A DNA stretch of 59,611 nt from an uncultured Candidatus Woesearchaeota archaeon. Its GTDB lineage: Archaea; Nanobdellota; Nanobdellia; Woesearchaeales; GW2011-AR9. Position numbers and translations under genes: made by a program. Under the pieces are notes generated by a model. That model was not told the DNA's origin. It did no database searches and saw only the letters and a program-made list of their open reading frames with translations. Location of the stretch: positions 1 through 59,611 of the forward strand of contig CABZYC010000002.1 in NCBI GenBank assembly GCA_902529885.1, given 5' to 3'. Shown piece by piece: positions 44,835 to 53,300 of the stretch (positions within the stretch are counted from its first letter, which is position 1; each line of letters begins with the position of its first letter).

Positions 44835-45827
44835 TTACTGCTCTTTACAACCAATATGTTGAACTGTTTCCATGTCATCTAGTATAAAATACCCATATGT
44901 CCTTGTATCAAGCATCCCCTCTGAACCATAGAAATATTCTGCTTTGATTTGAGAATTATAATTGATTCTGCCAGCAACTAGCCCTGTAGCAACAGATCCA
45001 CCTACAGCACCAACAACAACCGTAGTTATACCAACACAAGCAGGGGCGGTAGCTAAACAAACCAATCCACCGACTGCACCTATCGCAGCACCAGCCACAC
45101 CATAACTTAAACCAACTTCTGCCACTTCCATTATATCAACGGGGACACCCCCATCACTATTTCGACCCAAATAGCTGATCCCATATAACCCATCATTAAC
45201 TATATCTGTTGCAATCAGATATGCACCTTCGCCACCAAGGTTCCCACCCCCATTTAAGTAATCTGAATAAGTTATACCCTGAGATAATTCTTCATTGAGT
45301 AAGAATTGATGGAATTCTTGCGCAGTAATAGTATAATTCAATTCCTTGACTGCCACACTATAACAAGTAAAACATTTTGGTTTGTTTTCATCAAAACCGA
45401 ACAATTCCCAAAATTCGCTTCCTAAATTTGAAAAAACATCTTCATGCCGGTTATCTGTAAAAGTATATTTGCATGCTGCCAAAGACTCAGCAAATTTACG
45501 CATGACACTTTCTTTTTGACCTTCTTCTATTCTATCTTCAGTAAAAATTATACTTGAAAACCACGCATCTTGGTATATTGCAGAAGGAGTGAATTTTAGA
45601 TCTTGCTTTCTACAAGATAAACCTCCAAACGAAAACGTATTCTCTTCAGTAGTCTGCGCGGATGTTAACACCCTATTTTCTATTGAAGAACGACACATGT
45701 TCTCAATAGATTTATCGCTCATGTACCCAAAAGATTCCATCATAAAACCTAACATTGCAATCATGGAAAAACCAATCAAAAGTATGCCTGCTAAAATAAA
45801 CATTACGTTTGTTTGCGCTCTCATCAT
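44835..45827 (-). CDS. class III signal peptide (prepilin-like) protein, 330 aa, with C-terminal Gly/Ala-rich hydrophobic segment
   Basis: N-terminus MMRA|QTNVMFILAGILLIGFSMIAMLGF. The G/A/V-rich stretch is at residues about 236-286 (nt 44970-45122). ATGA overlap with the upstream gene. Confidence 0.6.
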   Translation of the reverse strand: MMRAQTNVMFILAGILLIGFSMIAMLGFMMESFGYMSDKSIENMCRSSIENRVLTSAQTTEENTFSFGGLSCRKQDLKFTPSAIYQDAWFSSIIFTEDRIEEGQKESVMRKFAESLAACKYTFTDNRHEDVFSNLGSEFWELFGFDENKPKCFTCYSVAVKELNYTITAQEFHQFLLNEELSQGITYSDYLNGGGNLGGEGAYLIATDIVNDGLYGISYLGRNSDGGVPVDIMEVAEVGLSYGVAGAAIGAVGGLVCLATAPACVGITTVVVGAVGGSVATGLVAGRINYNSQIKAEYFYGSEGMLDTRTYGYFILDDMETVQHIGCKEQ

Positions 45828-46840
45828 CCGTTACACGTAGGAATTATGCTATAATCCTCATTCCCAACAATACATTTATTCCAAGCACACCCTTCCCCAG
45901 GAGTCTTACCACTTGTATACCCTTTAGGTGTATGGCGGGGAAAATCATTAGTACCCACATATGAGCCAAAATCATCCTCAAACATTTCATCAATTGCATC
46001 AGGATGAAATCCACAATGATCATAGCTTTCTGCAGAAGTTGGACTATCATATGCAGGTATTATACAGACATATCCTTTTTTGGGACTATAAATCCAGTCA
46101 CCACTGCCAGTATCCCAAAAATCACCTAGTGCGCCCACTTCTAGTTTATAAGGTTCTTCCCCATCAAGTATACCGTCCACCACCATATAATCTTCATCCT
46201 TGTCGCTCCCTGAATTTAAAATATAAGTCCATTGATTAGTCTCATCATTATGCGTCCACCCTTTCCAATCTTGGTAAGTCATATCTTCACCTAGATCTAG
46301 TTGTTCCCAATACCAATTATGAAAGTTTTCTGCATATTCATCACCGTGACTATCAGTACCACCAACAGAACATAACACTAATCCCGGAATATTAAAAGTA
46401 TCTTTATGTTGCTGACCAATTAATGTTTGTATCCTCACCCCTGACTCAAAAGTAGTTGATGCCTCAGATTCAATAAACTTGATTGTTAATAATTCCTCAG
46501 TTAAACCAGACGGGTTTGGTAACCTATACATACAAGGTGTGTCATCACCATATCTGTATCCACCACTATATTCTCTATCCCTTACATGAGATAATGTTTT
46601 GTTTAAATCGTCTAAATACTTTCTTAGATCCCCAGATATTTTTGTGCTTGAAAGAGCTAAATTGGTGTATTGCCTTTGTGTTTCGGATAAAGTCTGATTC
46701 ACATTTCCTACAACATCCATGATACTATGTTCACCCTCACTCATAGTGTCACCAACAAAACCCTTTATTGTAAGGCCAGTTACACTACAAAAAATTAGTG
46801 ATACTAAAATTAACCAAAGTCCGGCGGCACCACGTCTCAT
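45824..46840 (-). CDS. class III signal peptide (prepilin-like) protein, 338 aa, Trp/Asp-rich
   Basis: N-terminus MRRG|AAGLWLILVSLIFCSVTGL. ATGA overlap with the upstream mini-ORF. Confidence 0.55.
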   Translation of the reverse strand: MRRGAAGLWLILVSLIFCSVTGLTIKGFVGDTMSEGEHSIMDVVGNVNQTLSETQRQYTNLALSSTKISGDLRKYLDDLNKTLSHVRDREYSGGYRYGDDTPCMYRLPNPSGLTEELLTIKFIESEASTTFESGVRIQTLIGQQHKDTFNIPGLVLCSVGGTDSHGDEYAENFHNWYWEQLDLGEDMTYQDWKGWTHNDETNQWTYILNSGSDKDEDYMVVDGILDGEEPYKLEVGALGDFWDTGSGDWIYSPKKGYVCIIPAYDSPTSAESYDHCGFHPDAIDEMFEDDFGSYVGTNDFPRHTPKGYTSGKTPGEGCAWNKCIVGNEDYSIIPTCNG

Positions 46841-46971
46841 CCAACAAGCGTCCTCTGGGTTAGATCACCCATCCCATTATGGAATTTATATAATAATCCT
46901 ACGCCTACAAAAACAAAAAATAATACTATTAAAAGAACCACAATGTACCAAAAAACTTCACCACGTTTCAT
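46837..46971 (-). CDS. 44-aa mini prepilin-like ORF (not in ORF track)
   Basis: Hand translation: MKRG|EVFWYIVVLLIVLFFVFVGVGLLYKFHNGMGDLTQRTLVG. The start overlaps the upstream stop (TAATG) and the stop overlaps the next start (ATGA). Confidence 0.5.
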   Translation of the reverse strand: MKRGEVFWYIVVLLIVLFFVFVGVGLLYKFHNGMGDLTQRTLVG

Positions 46972-47084
46972 TATATTATTGCTTCCTTTATTCGGTTCAA
47001 AAATAAAATACCAAAAACAATGATTGCAATTATCAATAATAAGTATGCAACCAATGTCATACCTGGCATTTCACCTTTCTTCAT
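46971..47084 (-). CDS. 37-aa mini prepilin-like ORF (not in ORF track)
   Basis: Hand translation: MKKG|EMPGMTLVAYLLLIIAIIVFGILFLNRIKEAII. TAATG overlaps at both ends. Confidence 0.5.
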   Translation of the reverse strand: MKKGEMPGMTLVAYLLLIIAIIVFGILFLNRIKEAII

Positions 47085-47335
47085 TAATTAGCCTCAATAC
47101 CTAAACAACATAACTGGCCCGTTCCACATTCAAAAGAGGATACTACCGATCCATTCAGAACTTTACATGCTTCTTTACTAGCTTTACATTCGCCCCCAGC
47201 AACTTCGCAACCACTAATACCTTGTTCCAAAACCGTTGTTTTACCTGTGAACATAAGTAGGAGGACCGCTAGGACCACTAAAGCTATCACCGCTCCAATA
47301 ATGATCCAAAAAACGTTTGCTTGTCCTTTTTCCAT
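47084..47335 (-). CDS. class III signal peptide (prepilin-like) protein, 83 aa, Cys-rich C-terminus
   Basis: N-terminus MEKG|QANVFWIIIGAVIALVVLAVLLLMF. C-terminus: CEVAGGECKASKEACKVLNGSVVSSFECGTGQLCC. Confidence 0.6.
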   Translation of the reverse strand: MEKGQANVFWIIIGAVIALVVLAVLLLMFTGKTTVLEQGISGCEVAGGECKASKEACKVLNGSVVSSFECGTGQLCCLGIEAN

Positions 47336-47343
47336 CTATCTAC

Positions 47344-47685
47344 CTAATCCCAATTACAACCGTAACTTTCACAGTTCGCTTCTGAATCTCTACCATCGTT
47401 ACATTCATCTGCACGATCGTCAATAAACTCTAACGCTTCCAACTGTTCACTGTCTTCACCGTCACCCCATAAATTGTAGAACTGTTGTTCATCTGCTAAA
47501 CCAGGATGACATTTCCCAAACATGATTGATAATGCTTGATACCGTGCACCTGCCTCTTTTGGTACTGTATCATCGAATGACCCTAACCTACCAATAAAAA
47601 TAGCAGTTAATACTACTAAAACAATTAATGCTAACGCCGCAATAATAATTACATTTAACGACATCCCTTGCGCTCTTTTTACCAT
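47344..47685 (-). CDS. class III signal peptide (prepilin-like) protein, 113 aa (start taken at MVKRAQG)
   Basis: N-terminus MVKRA|QGMSLNVIIIAALALIVLVVLTAIFI. The ORF-track start at 47721 adds 12 residues. Confidence 0.55.
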   Translation of the reverse strand: MVKRAQGMSLNVIIIAALALIVLVVLTAIFIGRLGSFDDTVPKEAGARYQALSIMFGKCHPGLADEQQFYNLWGDGEDSEQLEALEFIDDRADECNDGRDSEANCESYGCNWD

Positions 47686-47739
47686 AATTTCACCATCTAT
47701 TAATGTAAAAAATGGAAACAACGTATTTAAAATTTGTTG

Positions 47740-48249
47740 TTAATCACATATAATTAACATTGTTTGCGCTAATAAGTTATTACCTTCACCTAGATTTAGG
47801 CTAAACATTCCGCTACTATCATAATCCCTACTACGCATACAATCTTTACTTTTTATTTGGTAAAACAATTCTGGGTCACTACCCACACTTGTTTTGTACA
47901 CACGAAGTTCGTAATGTTTCCCCCATTGTAACACAGTCTCGTCCAACATTTTACTTGATTTATCTACAAACAACTCACATGCGTCTAGCTCACTATCACA
48001 AGTGTTACTGTCACCACCCGCCATTATCAAACAGTCTTCCAATATTTGTTCACCCATACTCATTGCCTTAGTCCTACACTCCACTTCAGTGTTAAGTATA
48101 GCGCTCATGGTACTGTAAGCTAACCCTTTACGTACAAACACACTCTTATCTGTCTCAGAATCAATTGCAAACTTTGCAAAAAATAAAAAGCCAATACTAA
48201 TCATTATCACAATTATCACCATCCCAATTATTTCTTGTTGACCCCTCAT
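47740..48249 (-). CDS. class III signal peptide (prepilin-like) protein, 169 aa
   Basis: N-terminus MRG|QQEIIGMVIIVIMISIGFLFF. ATGA overlap with the upstream gene. Confidence 0.6.
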   Translation of the reverse strand: MRGQQEIIGMVIIVIMISIGFLFFAKFAIDSETDKSVFVRKGLAYSTMSAILNTEVECRTKAMSMGEQILEDCLIMAGGDSNTCDSELDACELFVDKSSKMLDETVLQWGKHYELRVYKTSVGSDPELFYQIKSKDCMRSRDYDSSGMFSLNLGEGNNLLAQTMLIICD

Positions 48250-48815
48250 GAATATGCCTCCACATGAATATATCCATACCCAAACTCGCCGTACACAGTC
48301 TGGTTACTACTATTAAGCCCAAGGTTGTTCCGTAAGGTTATCACAAAAAATGTTGGTTCTTTATCTGCAGGTACTTTCTCACCATTCTCCAAAGTTACAG
48401 TTTTTACCTGTTCATACACAGTCCAATTACGTTTTTCAGGATAAATTTGGTGAACATAAATTCCGCTGTACCCAAACATGTCAAAATAATAGTCTTGTTT
48501 ATGACTATCAATAAACTGTTCAATACCTCTCAATTTTTGTATATCCATACAATTGTCTACTGATTCCGATTCACCGTTACTACAATATAACTCAGATAAA
48601 AATAAAGCAGTTAAACTAATATCTATTGCTTGCTGAGCAAGCATCTCTGTTTCTTGTTCTTGCAAACTGATTTGTTGATATTTAAAAAAAAATATTATAC
48701 CGAACACTACTAAAATGAAAAATATGAACATGGTCACTAAACTTTCCATCATTTGCATTTGAGCTTTAGTATACACGCGTGCACCCCGCTGCCGAAAGTT
48801 CTTGGTTAAGATCAT
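48246..48815 (-). CDS. probable class III signal peptide protein, about 189 aa (start uncertain)
   Basis: The ORF-track start at 48860 is TTG. ATG at 48815 gives MILTKNFRQRGARVYTKA|QMQMMESLVTMFIFFILVVFGIIFFF. ATG at 48758 would avoid the overlap with the upstream gene but loses the basic region. Confidence 0.45.
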   Translation of the reverse strand: MILTKNFRQRGARVYTKAQMQMMESLVTMFIFFILVVFGIIFFFKYQQISLQEQETEMLAQQAIDISLTALFLSELYCSNGESESVDNCMDIQKLRGIEQFIDSHKQDYYFDMFGYSGIYVHQIYPEKRNWTVYEQVKTVTLENGEKVPADKEPTFFVITLRNNLGLNSSNQTVYGEFGYGYIHVEAYS

Positions 48816-49869
48816 ATATTTTTGTTGCTTGGTCTCGTAAAGTGAATTGACCACACGCAAGATAATTAGTGGTACACTGTTGCGCAGCCAAACTTAATGT
48901 CCGATACATAGTAGAATCATCTTTCAAAATTGATAAACAATCTGCATATTCTTCTCTACTTTCATACGCGCCAACCATTAAGTCAACTTTATCTTGTAAC
49001 ACTTCGGACACTAATGACAACCGTTTAAACGCCTTCATCATGTTACACCTAAACGTTTCAGCGTTGCCAGCAAACAAAGCTGCGTAAGCAACTGCATCAC
49101 GTTCAGAACCCGTGCTTACTAAGGGTGTCCATTCACCTTCATTACCACCTTCAACGTACCAAGCATCCCCGCGTTTCACATAGTATAACACTGCGCCATC
49201 ATGAAAGCGTACGGCGCTCACTTGATCATTGTTTAGTACAGAAAGTTCTAATGGCACCGCTTCTTCGTGTTCTATAAAAGGTATCCCGGACTCTAACAAA
49301 ATGAGCCTGACGTGATACTCACCATTATATTCTACTTCCCCTACATTATCTATGAATTCAACGTTTAACCCATTCGTACTGTTCATAAGTTCAATGTAAA
49401 AATCGCTTGACCCATCACTAACAACATAATATTTAGTATTTTCACTCGTAACAAACAAAAAGTCCATCACTTTAAACGGTAATTTGTAAGGCATACTCCA
49501 TAAGATCATTTTGTTCGTCTTAACATTTAATGGGGCGACTACTACAGATAATGGACTTTCAATACTTGCAGAAGATCCACTAATACCATAATAACTAAAC
49601 ACATCATATATCCCGCCGGCTTCATCAAGCTCACAACGAAATTGAAACACTTCGTTCCTTACACCTGATGTGTCTAGAAAATTTTTAGTATTTTCTGCAA
49701 CCGTAGACCCAGTGAAAATATTTTCAAGGATGTTCATCACTTTATAATTCAAACGTTTCTCAGACATTTCTTTTTGCTGAGTTATTATCATTATAAAAAA
49801 AAGTAAAATGGCCGCACCAGCCACCATGACATAAATCCAATTAAATTGTACTGTTACCTGGCCTTTCAT
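48766..49869 (-). CDS. class III signal peptide (prepilin-like) protein, 367 aa
   Basis: N-terminus MKG|QVTVQFNWIYVMVAGAAILLFFIMII. ATGA overlap with the upstream gene. Confidence 0.6.
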   Translation of the reverse strand: MKGQVTVQFNWIYVMVAGAAILLFFIMIITQQKEMSEKRLNYKVMNILENIFTGSTVAENTKNFLDTSGVRNEVFQFRCELDEAGGIYDVFSYYGISGSSASIESPLSVVVAPLNVKTNKMILWSMPYKLPFKVMDFLFVTSENTKYYVVSDGSSDFYIELMNSTNGLNVEFIDNVGEVEYNGEYHVRLILLESGIPFIEHEEAVPLELSVLNNDQVSAVRFHDGAVLYYVKRGDAWYVEGGNEGEWTPLVSTGSERDAVAYAALFAGNAETFRCNMMKAFKRLSLVSEVLQDKVDLMVGAYESREEYADCLSILKDDSTMYRTLSLAAQQCTTNYLACGQFTLRDQATKIYDLNQELSAAGCTRVY

Positions 49870-50363
49870 TCGTATACCAATTGACTTAAATATGCTGCGT
49901 CACCACGACCTTCTAACCTCAAAGTAAATTTGCCATTCTCTAAAGGTAAACATAAATATCCATCGTCCATACGAAGTTTGTACGTTTTAATTGCTGCAGC
50001 TGCAGGTGGGTCCAAAAACACGTTTTGGTCAGCAGCGCCCCATGACCCAGCAGTTTCCCATGCGTCACAAGCTATCGCACTTTTAGCACATAATGACTCG
50101 TCATACGTTGCATCCATATCTACAAAACAAATTTCTGTGTATTTCACAGGTAAACTGAAATCTAATGTTCGCGCTGCACCATAATCACTGTAAATCTTCT
50201 TGACATTATTCTCAAGGTTAGTTTTAAACTGCATGAACTCCACCATTTCTCCCTTCTCCATCAAATCGTTCACCATGTTAACACCAAATATAAGTATAAA
50301 TGCAAAACTTATACCTGCAATCATGTAAATGAATACTTGTTGTACCGCCATCCCTCGTTTCAT
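49866..50363 (-). CDS. class III signal peptide (prepilin-like) protein, 165 aa
   Basis: N-terminus MKRG|MAVQQVFIYMIAGISFAFILIFGV. ATGA overlap with the giant gene's stop. Confidence 0.6.
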   Translation of the reverse strand: MKRGMAVQQVFIYMIAGISFAFILIFGVNMVNDLMEKGEMVEFMQFKTNLENNVKKIYSDYGAARTLDFSLPVKYTEICFVDMDATYDESLCAKSAIACDAWETAGSWGAADQNVFLDPPAAAAIKTYKLRMDDGYLCLPLENGKFTLRLEGRGDAAYLSQLVYE

Positions 50364-53300
50364 TTTGATAACTTCCTTAATTTTTTGAATACTTCGTTCG
50401 CATCTTTTGCGTTAACTTCATTCTTTTTATGTGCACTACTCAAATTCTCAAGTTTATCAAACAAATTTGTATCAACCTGTTTTTTAATTTCAGGTTTGTT
50501 TGCTTCAAAATGTTTTGTTACTTCCGCTACTTTCTTGTGCACTGGAAGATCTTCGTGCGCAGTCCGCATTAAGTGTTCAACACTTTTTTTAGCAGTGAAA
50601 GACGAAAATAATTTTGATCGAGAACTTTTTTTAGTACGCTTACTAAAGTTTTCTTCTAAGCTGCGTAGTCGGTCACCAACACTCACTTTCTTTTGTGTTA
50701 ATGGTTGAGCTTTTGACTGTGAAACATTCGGTTTCATAGATTTTGGATTGGCCATTTTATTTTGTGGGGAGACTTGCCTTGACTGAACCTGTTTGTTGTA
50801 CAAAGGTTTTGAACCAAACAGTGCTCTTCCTTGAGGCATCTGAGTATAAAAGTAGCTTAAGAATCCACTTGAACCACCCATCATCAATAAAGATAATAAT
50901 AATACAATTATTGCACCAAGATTATCGTTCGGTGAAGAAGATGATGATGAAGGGATATCCAATACTTCTGTTTCGACCACAGGTTCAGTGAATGTGTCAT
51001 CAATACAAGGGTCTTTACCTGCTTGGTACTCTTCCAGATTGTTTAAACCGTCACTATCAAAATCTTCGTCAGTATCAGACACACCGTTCATATCAGTATC
51101 TAAAGCCTCGTGGTCCAATTCACAGCCAGGTGCAGTACTAAGTTTTTCCCAGCTGTCTGGTAACCCGTCACCATCAGTATCAGTTGTATCAGATGTTTCT
51201 TGACGAGCACAACCAGTACTATCAACCTGTGCACCTGCACTTGTTTCAGTACAAATGTCACATTGGTCAGCTACACCATCACCGTCAACATCTTCAAACT
51301 CAATCTTCTGGTTACCGGTAACATTGTTCCCTTTAGTGTCAGAAGCAAAATAACATAACCATTGGTTCTGTTCTACAATTATGCCCGATTGTTTATCTTG
51401 GGTAGGGTCACAATCAGCAATAGAAGTACTAGTCCCATACAAAATATCGTCGCAGCCAGCGTCATCACTACATTCAAGGCTTATTACTGAGCCCATACAC
51501 TGTTGAGCTTGAGTCACAACTTGAATATCTGGGCCAAAAATGTCCATTGCACAATCTTCGCTGCTACCGTCACCAGCAACAAAACCGTCTGTATAAACAT
51601 ATTCCCCTACGTTACCTGCAGAATCAACAGCTAACACTTCAATGTAATATGGTGTCCCATTAACAAGAGTCACACCTTCAATGTCTGCAGTAAGATTTAA
51701 TGTTCCTGACGAAATTAAGATTGTATCAGTAGCATTTTCAAGTCCAAGGTACTCCCGTAACTGGCTTGAACCGGGACTGTTTCCTTGGTAAAGGTTATAC
51801 TCATAATGGCTTATGTTTGGTTCGTTAACAGTTACAGATAATGGGACAGTATGTAATCCACAACTTTCCTCACCATCATTCGTGCTTGTTATAGACGGAG
51901 GTGTTTGGTCAACATAAAATTCGATTGTATCATCATCATAGTTCTCTGATATTAAACAAGATACGATATAATGGTACGGATCATTACTCTCAACAAGGTC
52001 ACCAATGTATTTTGTGTGCACTGTGTTCCCTGAAACAGTGAAATCTTCACCGTCAACTTCACATAAAGCGTTCTTACTAGTTTGGACTTCTAACGTTACT
52101 TCTTTCCCATCAATTATGCCAGTTGGACTCATTGATTCAATGTAACCCACTACTGCATAATCAACAGAGAAATCTATTGTTTCTTGATTACTTACTAACC
52201 CCGCACCATTCTCACACTGTACCGCTAATGTGAAGTCAGCAGTAGCACCGTCAACATCAAAACTGTATTCACTAACGTGTGTTGTGTTCAAAATGTTGTC
52301 GTCATACCCTTCAAAACTATAACGCATATTTTCGTAATCGTAACCGTCATTAGTTACATCGTCAAACTTACAAACAGTTTTATCGTCTGTGGTAACAGTT
52401 AATTGTACCGTCCGCATGTCCGTCACTAATTCTGGTTCCACGTTAGTTGTAAGAATAATTGGTTTTGAAGGATCGTACTCCAAATTCATTTTTTGGGCAG
52501 GGCCAACTTCACCAAGCGGATCTTTACATTTTACATACAACGTTTTTTTACCACCATCTTCGTCATAAGCAGCTAACACGTCCCCAGGGAAATCTTCGTA
52601 CAAATAATAATTAGTTTTATCTTCGTACAAATCAAACTTTTTATATTCTGGTTGAGAATCAAAATCAAACTCAGGATTGAAATCGTAGGTACAAGCTTCA
52701 GTGTTAAGTTTACTCATTATGACCCAATCAAAAACAGGGTCAGAACTTACCCCGTACTGTTCACCACCATAATAATAAAGTTCAGGTAAAACCATGTTTA
52801 TACCAAATCCTTCAACAATAATCTCTCCACATTGTACGTCTACAAGGTTTTCCACTGTATCAGTTGAATAATAACACATCCTCGTTGTGTTTGTAATAGT
52901 GACAGTACCTGAATACACTTCATATTTTTCGTCACTCCGACTCTCGCACCCTTCACCAAAACAGTAAAACGTCTCTGCACAATCAAAACCTTCTGCAGAA
53001 CATTCAAAGTCTATATTCACTGATTCAATCCAGTATAATTCCCATTCATCCCCAACCGGTAATTCTTCACGGTCACCCTCCGTCAAAATTGCTTGCGTGT
53101 CAGGCGCAGTAAAGTCTACTACGAAATCAAAATAATCTTCCATTACTTCATCTGTATAACTCTCAACACATACAGCTTTCAAAAAGCCAGCATAGTCACC
53201 CTCATAAAAATTAGGTATGCTACTTGTACTATGATTCTTATTTTCGTCATCACTCGTATAAAACTCAGCCAATTTTGTCCATGCAACACCGTCATTAGTC

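Noticed and set aside
50363-50845. The Lys-rich C-terminal tail of the giant protein as a separate gene or a frameshift artefact (a + strand ORF at 50337-50708 overlaps it).
   Set aside because: The minus-strand frame runs continuously from the TM helix into the tail. It ends in an ATGA junction with the next gene, like the other junctions in the operon. The + strand ORF is a Phe/Leu/Ser-rich antisense shadow of a Lys/Glu-rich frame.
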